Shown here in pieces: positions 28,977-37,637 of a DNA stretch of 42,269 nt. The notes beneath the pieces were generated by a model. That model was not told where the DNA came from, made no database searches, and was given only the letters and a program-made list of their open reading frames with translations. Source of the DNA: a virus (taxonomy: Duplodnaviria > Caudoviricetes); IMG/VR virus record IMGVR_UViG_3300032103_000031, positions 1 to 42,269 of that record. One strand, given 5' to 3'. How positions within the stretch are numbered: the first letter of the stretch is position 1; the number at the start of each line of letters is the position of its first letter. Both the position numbers and the translations under genes were made by a program.

Positions 28977-29530
28977 GATCCCACCACCGCGTCCAGGCCA
29001 CGCTCGAAGTCTCGAACGCTGCCGTTGTTGAACATATCCACTTCTGTCACACCAGCATCCGGGCCGAATGTGATGTGACCGCGGCTGTCCTTGTCAAACG
29101 TCTTGCCCGCACGGTGCAGCCGCACAAGCAGTGTGTTCGCCGGACCAATGTAGTCAATCAGCGGCTTGGCTTCGTAGTCGAAGCCGCTATCGGAGCAGAT
29201 GAATACGTTGCTGACTGCGCGCCGCAACTTGCGCGCAGCAAGCTTGCCGAACACATGGAAGCCAAAGAACTCTTTGGCCCAATGCTCGGACAGGCTAATC
29301 TGCACATCACGGTAGCTGTAGTTGAACAGCAGTGGTGAGGGCGTGTCTTTCGTCGCTTCTAGCTCACGCACTTCTGCGTCCGTCAGATCAAAGAAGGCAC
29401 GCACGCCCTGCTTTAGCGGTGCGGACATTTTGAACATGATCGCGCCGTGCGTGCTCTTGTAAATATGTGATGCTGCGGTATCCTTGCCGCTGCGTGGGGG
29501 ACCGTTGAACAGGATAAGACGCTTTGGCAT
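28952..29530 (-). CDS. Deoxynucleoside monophosphate kinase
   Basis: NGPPRSGKDTAA P-loop, SAPLK, ICSDSGF..E; start MPKR at 29530. Confidence 0.85.
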   Translation of the reverse strand: MPKRLILFNGPPRSGKDTAASHIYKSTHGAIMFKMSAPLKQGVRAFFDLTDAEVRELEATKDTPSPLLFNYSYRDVQISLSEHWAKEFFGFHVFGKLAARKLRRAVSNVFICSDSGFDYEAKPLIDYIGPANTLLVRLHRAGKTFDKDSRGHITFGPDAGVTEVDMFNNGSVRDFERGLDAVVGSWLQQSDN

Positions 29531-29640
29531 TACAATGCTCCAATCAGCAGCGATGCAAGCTGCCACAGTGCGTATAGGACGGCGCCCACAACTGCCCATT
29601 CGAGCAGTCCAAGCAGCAGGATCAGCATTGCAAACTTCAT
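29530..29640 (-). CDS. 36-aa hydrophobic membrane peptide (absent from the ORF track)
   Basis: MKFAMLILLLGLLEWAVVGAVLYALWQLASLLIGAL; ATGA overlap with the helicase stop and TAATG overlap with the kinase start. Confidence 0.65.
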   Translation of the reverse strand: MKFAMLILLLGLLEWAVVGAVLYALWQLASLLIGAL

Positions 29641-30950
29641 TCCCCGAACACCCTTGGTTCCTTGGTTGTCACTGCCAACGATAGTGAGCGCATGTCGGCA
29701 ATCAACGTCACCTTGCGCCTCGCACGGGTGATAGCCGTGTAGAGGTTCTTGCGGTTCAGCATCTGCTGCACAGACTTGTTGATGACGTAGATGACATGCT
29801 CATACTCACTACCCTGCGCCTTGTGCGTAGTCAGCGTGTATGCCAGTTGCAGGTCAGCCTGGGGATACACCACCATTACCTTGCTGCTCCACACAACCTG
29901 CATGGCGGGTGGGATGCGGCAGATGCGATCCTCGAAATCAACGACCACTTCATGCAAGTCGCTGATTTCAATGACAGTGCCGACCTCACCATTGAACACA
30001 CCGAACGTGCCGTCCAGGCATTCAAGGTCATACCAGTTTTTGGTCATCACAACCTTGTCGCCAACACCAAGCCGCAAAGGTGGGTCATACTGCTTGCCCT
30101 GGAACGTGCGGCGAGGGACACCGACTGTCTCACGCGCATCGTCCATCAGCACTGTCTGCAACGTGCCGTTCAGCTTGAACGTGCCGATCCATGACTTATT
30201 GCTTGGAGTGAGTATCTGATTGCGCAGCGATGTGAAGTCATCGTTGCTCACGGCACGAAGCACAGCCTCTACAGGCTGGTCCGTGATAATCATTTCAAAG
30301 TCAGGCTTGCTCTGCGGACTGCTGCCTTTCAGCACACGCTCTGCGTTGGATAGAATGCCACTGTCGCCAGCTTGGCGGTGAACCTTGTTGAGAACCACAC
30401 CGTCAAAGCGAGCGAGTAGGTCTTGGAATGCTGTCGGCTTTGCAGCAACAGCCTGTATCTTCTCAATGGGAGGAAGCTGTTGCACGTCACCAAAGGCAAC
30501 AAGACGGCATCCTGGGGGAAACGCATCAAGCAGGTTGCGGTGTAACTCCTGATTGACCATTGCGTATTCATCAGCTAGCACCACGTCATGTGTGATGGGG
30601 TTCTCACGTGTGCGGCGAGGGAACGTGTCACCAAACGGCTTGCCCGTCTTGGGATTGATCTCTCGCGGCGCAGTGTATTCCAGCAGCATGTGGATCGTCT
30701 TGGCCGGGAAGCCTGTGGCTTCACGCACGCGGCGTGCTGCCTTGCCTGTTGGCGCTACAATGACAGGATCGTAGCCAGCTTCTTGCAGTGCTTCATACAC
30801 GAAACGCATGATTGTAGTCTTGCCGCTACCGGCCGGACCTGTGATAGCTGCGATGCGCCGCTTGTTGTCAAGCGCACGTTCAACGGCCACACGCTGCTGC
30901 TCGTCAAGCTGGTCAAGGGCCAGCTTTGGCTTCTCTGTCGTCTCGCTCAT
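29637..30950 (-). CDS. SF1B helicase, RecD/Dda-like
   Basis: TGPAGSGKTT, APTGKAA, DEYAMV, GDVQQLPP, HRQ, AYTLTTHKAQGSEY, LYTAITRAR. Confidence 0.93.
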   Translation of the reverse strand: MSETTEKPKLALDQLDEQQRVAVERALDNKRRIAAITGPAGSGKTTIMRFVYEALQEAGYDPVIVAPTGKAARRVREATGFPAKTIHMLLEYTAPREINPKTGKPFGDTFPRRTRENPITHDVVLADEYAMVNQELHRNLLDAFPPGCRLVAFGDVQQLPPIEKIQAVAAKPTAFQDLLARFDGVVLNKVHRQAGDSGILSNAERVLKGSSPQSKPDFEMIITDQPVEAVLRAVSNDDFTSLRNQILTPSNKSWIGTFKLNGTLQTVLMDDARETVGVPRRTFQGKQYDPPLRLGVGDKVVMTKNWYDLECLDGTFGVFNGEVGTVIEISDLHEVVVDFEDRICRIPPAMQVVWSSKVMVVYPQADLQLAYTLTTHKAQGSEYEHVIYVINKSVQQMLNRKNLYTAITRARRKVTLIADMRSLSLAVTTKEPRVFGE

Positions 30951-31207
30951 GGCGTGATATCCACATCCTTTCCAGTGTTCTGCTTATGCAGCGCGGCCGC
31001 ACCATACACACACAGCCAGCGCATTAGCTCGCCGCGTGTGATATTGTAATGTGCGGCTACATCGTTCAACAGCGCAAGGTCATCCTCGTGCATACGCACG
31101 GCTACGGCGCGCCCACTGCTGCGCAGACTACGAAGCCCACGGCGAAACTCTAGCTTGACAGGCAGCGGGACTGTAATGAATCGTAGCTCGGATACAATGC
31201 GCGACAT
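30947..31207 (-). CDS. Ribbon-helix-helix (CopG/Arc-like) DNA-binding protein
   Basis: VAVRMHEDDLALLNDVAAHYNITRGELMRWL fits the beta-alpha-alpha RHH pattern; ATG 31207 is downstream of the terminator. Confidence 0.65.
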   Translation of the reverse strand: MSRIVSELRFITVPLPVKLEFRRGLRSLRSSGRAVAVRMHEDDLALLNDVAAHYNITRGELMRWLCVYGAAALHKQNTGKDVDITP

Positions 31208-31225
31208 TGAGGATACCCTTACGGT

Positions 31226-31258
31226 AGAAAGAGAGGCGGCAGTGTTACCTGCCGCCTC
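31226..31258 (-). terminator. Rho-independent terminator
   Basis: GAGGCGGCAG-gtaaca-CTGCCGCCTC followed by TCTTTCT on the - strand. Confidence 0.75.
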
Positions 31259-31360
31259 AAATCCTGGTGATGCGTGGTCGCTACTCACACCGCTGCGGGG
31301 GCCTGTCAGCTAAGGCTGCCAGTGTTTTGTGCCCCACACCACCGTCAGGCTTGTAGCCTA

Positions 31361-31609
31361 TCAGGCCGCGCCCTTCTCGTCAACCTGCACAGTGTATTGC
31401 AGGAAGGCGCGCGGCTTGCCGCCCTTGAGGCTGCGCACAAGGGCCTGACCGCTCATCGTGAGCGTGTCAATATGCTCCTTGGCAGCATCCACCACTTCCT
31501 GCGGAGTGTCGGGCTTGAAGATCAGGAACGCGGTCTTGGGGCCAACGACCCGCTTGGGCTTGTCACCAGCGGCGGCGGGCTTGGTGGCCTTGGACTTCGT
31601 ATCGGACAT
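31361..31609 (-). CDS. Small Lys/Ala-rich protein, probably highly expressed
   Basis: 82 aa with its own promoter upstream and terminator downstream. Confidence 0.75.
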   Translation of the reverse strand: MSDTKSKATKPAAAGDKPKRVVGPKTAFLIFKPDTPQEVVDAAKEHIDTLTMSGQALVRSLKGGKPRAFLQYTVQVDEKGAA

Positions 31610-31656
31610 TGCAGTGTTCCCTTGCTGTAGCCCTTGGGGGCTTGGTTGGTAGGCGA

Positions 31657-31685
31657 ATACTCACACAGAACGCCTAGCGCGTCAA
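31657..31685 (-). promoter_or_regulatory. Putative sigma70-type promoter
   Basis: TTGACG-17 nt-GAGTAT upstream of the 31609 ORF. Confidence 0.45.
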
Positions 31686-31738
31686 GCGTCTAAGCGCACT
31701 AGCGACGGGATTTTTTACAATCCCGCCGCCATGCCAAA

Positions 31739-32158
31739 TCAGACAGCGCGCACAGGTGTCGCGCGAGCCTGAGGCATACCCTGGTAATCCTCATGCTCAA
31801 TCTTGAGGATCACTTCCTGACCGATGAAGTCAGTGGCGATGAGACGATTGGCGATGCTCACACCGTGCATCTCACCAAACTTCTTGAGCATCCACTTGTT
31901 GCGTGGCGTCTCCTTGAGGGAGATATACGACGACAGCGTTTCACCGTCAGGGTTGCCGTCAGTGTAGTCAGCGGGATACTGGTCCGCGCTAATGTGGTAA
32001 GTGACAGCGAGCATAGGATTGCCGCTGGCCTTGCTGACCTTCAACTCCGCGATGCGCACGGAGCCACGGTATTCACCGATGGGCAGCGGCTTGGGCTGCT
32101 CGGCATCACCGATGTTGGTCTGAAACTCATAGACACTTCCCAACTCTGACATATTCAT
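31739..32158 (-). CDS. DUF669-like single-stranded DNA-binding protein
   Basis: PLPIGEY, SKASGNPML, FIGQEV..KIEHEDYQG; synteny with the Sak4-like ATPase. Confidence 0.72.
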   Translation of the reverse strand: MNMSELGSVYEFQTNIGDAEQPKPLPIGEYRGSVRIAELKVSKASGNPMLAVTYHISADQYPADYTDGNPDGETLSSYISLKETPRNKWMLKKFGEMHGVSIANRLIATDFIGQEVILKIEHEDYQGMPQARATPVRAV

Positions 32159-32622
32159 GTCTCCTGCTTGCTGTAGCGTTTGAATGCTGCGTCATAACCT
32201 TCCGCCGCAGCTACGGCTTCGGCGTGTGTGGCGTATGTTCGATCGAAAATCACGCCCCCACGCTGAATAACCAAGCGAAACCTGTCGCCTCGTGGATACA
32301 CGAGCTTGGCGTAGTCGCATCTGTCACTGTTAAGTTGATTGTCAGAGCAACTAGCTACCCGAAGGTTTGCCTTGCGATTGTCCAAGCCATTGCGATTGAT
32401 GTGGTCAATAAGAACATCACCTGCCTGCATTACAACGCGGTGCATTAGCACGGTTGTAGGCTCACCTTCGTAAACTCCACTGGCTACTACATATCCATGC
32501 GGATGCAGTCGCCATGTGTAATTTAGAAGAAGCTGCAGGTCATCCTCATCATACAGCACACCTTGACTACGCAATGCTTCTAGACGCTGCTGGCGTCTAG
32601 CGGACAGTCGAGTATTATCCAT
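32155..32622 (-). CDS. Free-standing HNH homing endonuclease (HNH plus AP2-like C-terminus)
   Basis: MHRVVM...IDHINRNGLDNRKANLR; C-terminal TYATHAEAVAA; AT-richer codons than its neighbours. Confidence 0.85.
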   Translation of the reverse strand: MDNTRLSARRQQRLEALRSQGVLYDEDDLQLLLNYTWRLHPHGYVVASGVYEGEPTTVLMHRVVMQAGDVLIDHINRNGLDNRKANLRVASCSDNQLNSDRCDYAKLVYPRGDRFRLVIQRGGVIFDRTYATHAEAVAAAEGYDAAFKRYSKQET

Positions 32623-32646
32623 CCATTCATTACCTCCTTGGGCCAT

Positions 32647-32675
32647 GTTATGGACTAAAACTGACGGCTTGTCAA
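32647..32675 (-). promoter_or_regulatory. Sigma70-type promoter upstream of the HNH/SSB genes
   Basis: TTGACA-17 nt-CATAAC followed by SD AAGGAGG. Confidence 0.65.
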
Positions 32676-32711
32676 CCCACCAGCCCTAGTGATCCCGTAG
32701 GCCGTAGCCTA

Positions 32712-33011
32712 CTAGATATGGTGTGCGGGAGCCTCACAGGCATCCATCCGCACCTTCGTTGGCGCGATCATTGCATTGATCGCAGGACGCGCCTCGAAGA
32801 TGATTGCATCTGTCGCCATTGCGAGAAGCTGCACGGACAGTTGATGCACATACGTAGCATCATAGCCGATTAGACAGTCTCGCGCAAGTGACACTGCCTC
32901 GCGGGCCTTCTGCACATGCGCGAACGCACGTGTCATGTGCTTCTCGCAGTCAGCCAGCGCAGCAGCACGGTTCTGCCAGCCAGCAGACGGCTCTGGTGCG
33001 CTGCATGTCAC
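32712..33011 (-). CDS. Hypothetical helical protein
   Basis: Fills the gap downstream of the ATPase; start uncertain (GTG 33011 chosen to avoid a long overlap). Confidence 0.55.
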   Translation of the reverse strand: MTCSAPEPSAGWQNRAAALADCEKHMTRAFAHVQKAREAVSLARDCLIGYDATYVHQLSVQLLAMATDAIIFEARPAINAMIAPTKVRMDACEAPAHHI

Positions 33012-33021
33012 CGTGGCGTGT

Positions 33022-33834
33022 TCACTTCGGTAGCGGGACTTTGTTGAAGCCCGCTGATTGCCACGCTTCATACCACTGCGTGATGCCATCACCACTCTCC
33101 TTGTCTTGGTTGTAGGGCAGCACAAAGCTGGTCACGTTGTCAGGTGCTGTGAACATGCGTGTGCGCATAGGACGCTTGATGCCATGCGCACGAACATACA
33201 CACGACGTTCCTTACCTGTGTCCTCGATGTGCCAAATCTCGCTGATCTTTGCTGGCACAAGGTTCTTGCCCTGACCACCTAGGTTCAGCGTTATTTCATT
33301 GACGCGCCCATCATCGTCAAAGCTCTCTTGGTCATGCGCAGTCAGCACACAGTGTGCTTTACTGTCTGCACACACACGCATGACCATAGTAACGAAGTCC
33401 AGCAGCATAGCACTACGCACACCGTAGCCTGTCTGCCCTGGTGCCTCGATGCTGGCGACAAACTTGCCCACGTTGGCCTTGCCAGATGTGATGCCGTATT
33501 GCAATGCCATCTGGCCGAAGCTGGTCAAGCTGTCAACAACGACTGTGCCAAAGTTGCCAGACTGCACAAGCTTGAGCAAGTCACTCTCCATCACGCCACC
33601 CTGCTTGAAGGCTGCAAGCTGTGCAGACTTGTAAGCAGAGAAGTCAGCGACGAAGATATCCTCACTACGCCGCAGCGATGCAGTGCCCGCAGGGTCAAAC
33701 TGTAGCCAGAGCTTGCGCCCTGGTGCAGTAGATGCAAGCACTGTCTTGCCGCAGCCGGGCTTGCCCCAAAGCAGCATCGTCAGTAGCTCTTGACGGGCAA
33801 CAGTTGACTGGACTTCAACGCTTCCAAGTTTCAT
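33022..33834 (-). CDS. AAA (Sak4-like) ATPase / recombinase
   Basis: LLWGKPGCGKT, TVVVDSLT, VLTAH motifs; flanked by nuclease and SSB genes. Confidence 0.85.
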   Translation of the reverse strand: MKLGSVEVQSTVARQELLTMLLWGKPGCGKTVLASTAPGRKLWLQFDPAGTASLRRSEDIFVADFSAYKSAQLAAFKQGGVMESDLLKLVQSGNFGTVVVDSLTSFGQMALQYGITSGKANVGKFVASIEAPGQTGYGVRSAMLLDFVTMVMRVCADSKAHCVLTAHDQESFDDDGRVNEITLNLGGQGKNLVPAKISEIWHIEDTGKERRVYVRAHGIKRPMRTRMFTAPDNVTSFVLPYNQDKESGDGITQWYEAWQSAGFNKVPLPK

Positions 33835-34028
33835 GTCGTAGTCTTCTCTGGCACAATAGCCTTCTGCTGTGGATCGAAGCGTTGCGCGAATGCGTTGCCG
33901 TGTTCGTCAACAGTCTGCACTGTCAGGTTCACACGCTGACGCATTCGGGCAACCTCTCGCAGCCATGTGCGCATGGCGTAAGCCTCGTCCATGTAGAGAC
34001 GCCCATCTGCTGCGAGATAGCGCATCAC
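33831..34028 (-). CDS. Hypothetical protein
   Basis: Overlap-coupled at both ends. Confidence 0.65.
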   Translation of the reverse strand: MMRYLAADGRLYMDEAYAMRTWLREVARMRQRVNLTVQTVDEHGNAFAQRFDPQQKAIVPEKTTT

Positions 34029-34225
34029 TCTTCCCCTTCGTCCGTCGTCAACTCCTGGTTCACACGCTCGGCGACAGGTTCCTCACCCGGCAGCAGCGGC
34101 GCGAACGGAGCGATGCGCTTAATCACGTTGTCCATGCGGATGGTCAGCGTGTCAAGCTCGGCACGCATCTGATCGATGCTGTCCTGCACTTCCTTGATGG
34201 CGGCAGTCTGTTCGGCGTTGTTCAT
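34025..34225 (-). CDS. Small coiled-coil protein
   Basis: Start MNNAEQ at 34225 after AGGAG. Confidence 0.7.
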   Translation of the reverse strand: MNNAEQTAAIKEVQDSIDQMRAELDTLTIRMDNVIKRIAPFAPLLPGEEPVAERVNQELTTDEGEE

Positions 34226-34230
34226 TGTAA

Positions 34231-35295
34231 TCAGTCTCCTTGCTTCTCGTGTAGGGGGGACCATTCTTCCGTGACCATCTGTGTCAGCATATCCTTCTGT
34301 TCGTCAGTATCTGACGCACAGAAGGGGATCATGGAGCATGGCCGGAAGTAGCGGTTGCAGCTATGCGTGTGCCTTGGTGCGTTGAGGATATCTCCCTTGT
34401 GTGCGTCGTGAATGCCCTTAGTGTATTCTACCCATTGCAGCCAACGGGCCTTCATGTAGTCGGGCCTGTTGACTGCTTCGATGACAAGCCCATCTGTGGC
34501 ATACTTGGGCAGCGGGATTGCCAGCCCAAGCACAAGGCCACGTGTGATGTTCTCGCCAGCGAACAGTGAAGCTGCAACGGTGTAGCCGGTGACTTGATGC
34601 GACATGTCGAATGACATGCGCCAAGCCTCGTCTAGACGCGATGCAGTCTTGTTCTCTTGGATCAGCAGCGTAGGCTCGCCAGCCCTTGTATGATGCAGCC
34701 CGTCAACGCGGCCAGTGTAAAGGAACGGAGCAAGGCGCACGTTGTCGTGGTGTGGCTGCATGTGGATGGCGAACGGTATCTCAATGCCTACGTCAGCGGT
34801 GGGGTCCGCAGCGTCACGCACCCACACAGGGTAACGTGCGCTGTCCCAACGCTGCACGTAATACATGAGCGCAGTCTCCAAGTTGACATACGTGCGCCGC
34901 TTGTCATACGGGTCGTCAGTGAAGCCGCTGGTAGCGAAGCATTCTAGCGCGCAGTTGCGCATTGTAATGCTGGCGTCAGCCTCATTCCAGCCCGTGATGA
35001 TGCTCTGCCACCGCGCGTCGCCAAACAGACGCGCGCCGTGGTAGCGCATGTGGTCACGCATGTTCTGCGCCAAGCCAAGCTGGATGAGGCGGACTAGCGC
35101 AAAGCACTCATGCATTGCACTACCCGCTTCCAGCGCCATACTACGTCCACCACCCGGCATTGCCTTGTGCATGGTGTAGCGCATGATGCCCCATGTAGGA
35201 CACATGTTGATGGCGGATAGCTTGGTGTAGTCGAACGTAGGAAGTGCTGCGTCCTCTGCGTTAGCAAGACGCATGTCCACACGGGTCCACTTCAT
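34231..35295 (-). CDS. PD-(D/E)xK (RecB/Cas4-like) exonuclease
   Basis: CP...GSAMH, E, GRVD, ENKT, QVTGY and a C-terminal CNRYFRPCSMIPFC Cys cluster. Confidence 0.85.
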   Translation of the reverse strand: MKWTRVDMRLANAEDAALPTFDYTKLSAINMCPTWGIMRYTMHKAMPGGGRSMALEAGSAMHECFALVRLIQLGLAQNMRDHMRYHGARLFGDARWQSIITGWNEADASITMRNCALECFATSGFTDDPYDKRRTYVNLETALMYYVQRWDSARYPVWVRDAADPTADVGIEIPFAIHMQPHHDNVRLAPFLYTGRVDGLHHTRAGEPTLLIQENKTASRLDEAWRMSFDMSHQVTGYTVAASLFAGENITRGLVLGLAIPLPKYATDGLVIEAVNRPDYMKARWLQWVEYTKGIHDAHKGDILNAPRHTHSCNRYFRPCSMIPFCASDTDEQKDMLTQMVTEEWSPLHEKQGD

Positions 35296-35564
35296 GGCTC
35301 GTCAATCTCGCCAGTGACGGATGGATCGCTAGACACTTCCATGCCCATCGCCTTGAGCCGCTGTGCGTAGTCCTCGTTCTCCTTCATCTTCGCTAGCGCA
35401 GTGCTGTGTATCTGCATCATGCTAGCCATGTGGTCGAACATGGAAGCAAGCTGCCGGATCATCTGCCGTAGCGCATGGATATCCCCATTCATGCCAATGA
35501 GGATTTTGCCAAGCCTCGGATCAATGTCACCGCGTAGCTCGCGGATATCACGATCAGTTGGCAT
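35292..35564 (-). CDS. Hypothetical protein
   Basis: 90 aa, coupled to its neighbours. Confidence 0.7.
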   Translation of the reverse strand: MPTDRDIRELRGDIDPRLGKILIGMNGDIHALRQMIRQLASMFDHMASMMQIHSTALAKMKENEDYAQRLKAMGMEVSSDPSVTGEIDEP

Positions 35565-35976
35565 TGGTTGTATCCACCGCTTCGTCCAGCACTTGCAGCG
35601 ATGCGCGATGACAACGCAGCATGTGCTGTGCCATCATCCCAATGCCCATCACGAACACGTCCTCGGGGATGGCAATGCCACGGCCCGCTTGTGTGTCCTC
35701 TTCGTTGATGCCATTGCAGATAGACGCAATGACAGATGCCATTGTGGAGACGATGGTGACACGTGACATGGTGCCGTCAGTCAGCAGGTCCACGATCTGC
35801 CGTGTTACTTTCTCACTCTGGTTCTGATACTCTTCTGCGTGTTCACCTTGCGTCATGTGATGCAGCGTCTGCGCAGCAAACTGCTGTGCGTGAGCTACAT
35901 CCTGCATTTGCGCAGCGAACCGCTGCTTGAGCAGGGTCATGTCTGCTTGGGTCTTGCTATCTTGTTCTTCACTCAC
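35554..35976 (-). CDS. Hypothetical protein
   Basis: 140 aa, SD GGAG, GTGA overlap. Confidence 0.72.
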   Translation of the reverse strand: MSEEQDSKTQADMTLLKQRFAAQMQDVAHAQQFAAQTLHHMTQGEHAEEYQNQSEKVTRQIVDLLTDGTMSRVTIVSTMASVIASICNGINEEDTQAGRGIAIPEDVFVMGIGMMAQHMLRCHRASLQVLDEAVDTTNAN

Positions 35977-36233
35977 TGCCTATTCTCCACTATAAGACGC
36001 AGGGCTGCCAACGTAGCTGCACGCTTCTCAACCTTGTCCAGTGCCTTGTCAAGAGCAGCTAGCTCTTTCTCCATCATAGCACTTTCCTTGTCAATCTTCG
36101 CCGCAGTGCGCTCGTCCTGTGCCTTCTGTTTCAACGCGGTTGCTGCTTTGTGTGCTTCGACGGAAGCTAGTCGCCTACGCCGCACACCGTCAAGGAATGC
36201 CTCTTGTTCCTCTGGCGTCATTTCAATGAACAA
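35973..36233 (-). CDS. Coiled-coil hypothetical protein
   Basis: Lys/Ala/Glu-rich helix; start TTG 36233 or ATG 36221. Confidence 0.7.
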   Translation of the reverse strand: MFIEMTPEEQEAFLDGVRRRRLASVEAHKAATALKQKAQDERTAAKIDKESAMMEKELAALDKALDKVEKRAATLAALRLIVENRQ

Positions 36234-36259
36234 GCGCCTGTGGAACGGAGTGTCACCCC

Positions 36260-36505
36260 TTACTCCGTCATCATCTGCACGTATTGCTCTACCTCCTGCT
36301 TGGCCTCTGCGAGCGTGGGCTTAGTGCCACTGAACACTTGAGGCTTGGTGTGAACCTCCACATGCCAAGACCATGCACGATCCGCAGGGATGTATGTGAT
36401 GGTCCAGCGCACGTTACGCTTAGAACCAGTCAGGGTCTTGGGTTTGATGTTCAAATGCACTACGCTACCCATGCTGTTTGCGTTGTCCATACAAGCCAAC
36501 CACAC
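36260..36505 (-). CDS. Hypothetical protein
   Basis: The true start is probably one of the internal Met codons (MDN.. or MGS..). Confidence 0.65.
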   Translation of the reverse strand: MWLACMDNANSMGSVVHLNIKPKTLTGSKRNVRWTITYIPADRAWSWHVEVHTKPQVFSGTKPTLAEAKQEVEQYVQMMTE

Positions 36506-36659
36506 CGTTGGCTTCTAGCTGCTCTGCTGTGAACAGGAACGTGCTGTTGGGCTTGCCTTTGGTAAACTCATATTCAGGCCAAGACTTCGCATACATGCGC
36601 AGCGTCTTGTCTGCCCAGTCTCCATGCACGTTCGTCACCCATAAGGGTGCGTCACTCAT
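36465..36659 (-). CDS. Hypothetical protein
   Basis: 64 aa, ATGA overlap with the MazG stop. Confidence 0.65.
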   Translation of the reverse strand: MSDAPLWVTNVHGDWADKTLRMYAKSWPEYEFTKGKPNSTFLFTAEQLEANGVVGLYGQRKQHG

Positions 36660-37063
36660 GTCTCGAACCGTTCGATGTAGCGGTTCGCAAGCTTCACTAC
36701 ATTGTCTTGGAGGATTGCGCGCAGGTTCAGCCCGTAGGCGGACATGATGAGGAACAGATAGAAGAACGCATCACCGCACTCTTCACGGATGTTGTCCGGT
36801 CGAATGGGCTTGTTCTTGCCATACAGTTCCTTCTTGTAAGCATCAAGCAACTCAGCAGCTTCCGTTGCCAGGCCGATGCAGCCATGCAGTCCACGCTGGA
36901 AAGCATGACTCTTGCCTGTGAATGCGTCACTAGGCTCCGGCATCCAAGCCGGTGTGTTCTCCACGATGGCGTGGAAACGCTCATACGCTTCGAGCAGTTG
37001 CTCAAGCGTCATGTCCTTGGCGGTGTATGCAATGTCCACCGCTTCATCCTTACGCATCGTCAT
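36656..37063 (-). CDS. MazG-like nucleotide pyrophosphohydrolase
   Basis: LHGCIGLATEAAELLDAYKK...EECGDAFFY...NVVKLANRY (ExxE/EExxD). Confidence 0.88.
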   Translation of the reverse strand: MTMRKDEAVDIAYTAKDMTLEQLLEAYERFHAIVENTPAWMPEPSDAFTGKSHAFQRGLHGCIGLATEAAELLDAYKKELYGKNKPIRPDNIREECGDAFFYLFLIMSAYGLNLRAILQDNVVKLANRYIERFET

Positions 37064-37078
37064 TGTAATCCAATCCCC

Positions 37079-37339
37079 CTAGCAGTTGTGAACCACACGC
37101 GCATCACCTGCCTGTAGCGCGTAGAGCGCAGCTTCGTCGTATGACGAAGTAGGCAGTGTGACGCTGCGGCCGGTGAGCCGGCCACTCGCATCAAGCTCTG
37201 TCACCTTGACCTTGGTGCGTTGCTGCGTGAACACGTCCCACGGCTCAACGGTGCGGACGTGTTCGCACAGGACGAGAGCTTTGTCGTGCTGGTAAACTGC
37301 CTTGGGGCCTTCGCGTCGAATGCAATACACGTGTGTCAC
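37079..37339 (-). CDS. Hypothetical protein
   Basis: GTG 37339 after AGAGGAG; in frame with the 37462 ORF. Confidence 0.5.
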   Translation of the reverse strand: MTHVYCIRREGPKAVYQHDKALVLCEHVRTVEPWDVFTQQRTKVKVTELDASGRLTGRSVTLPTSSYDEAALYALQAGDARVVHNC

Positions 37340-37508
37340 GGTATATCCACTCCTCTGGCCGCGCAAGAGGCACGCACAGCATATGGTGCGCGCTATCCAA
37401 CACAGGTTGGATACGCTCGGCTGCTCGTTCACAAGCTGCCGGATTGAGGAAGTGTATGACACTTGGCTCGCTATTGCAAGCGAAGCAGTATATCAGCAGA
37501 ACCCACAT
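37245..37508 (-). CDS. Hypothetical protein with a hydrophobic N-terminus
   Basis: MWVLLIYCFAC.. after AAGGGAG; overlaps the next ORF by ~95 nt. Confidence 0.5.
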   Translation of the reverse strand: MWVLLIYCFACNSEPSVIHFLNPAACERAAERIQPVLDSAHHMLCVPLARPEEWIYRDTRVLHSTRRPQGSLPARQSSRPVRTRPHR

Positions 37509-37637
37509 TGCAATGGCGCTCCCTTGCTGCGCGGTGCTAGTCCACAACAAGAGAGCAGTGCGCAGCAGGTGCGCTGCGCACGTATCTGGATACCGTTGGA
37601 AGGAGGACGTCACCGCGGATAGTCGGTCAGTGTAATG

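Noticed and set aside
34231-35295. CRISPR-associated Cas4 / CRISPR array
   Set aside because: No repeat-spacer array or other cas genes; the nuclease sits in the usual phage exonuclease-Sak4-SSB module.
26353-37063. 2-aminoadenine (Z-genome) or other base-modification system suggested by MazG plus divergent PolA
   Set aside because: No PurZ, HD-domain dATPase, thymidylate-synthase-like or glycosyltransferase gene is recognisable in the window.
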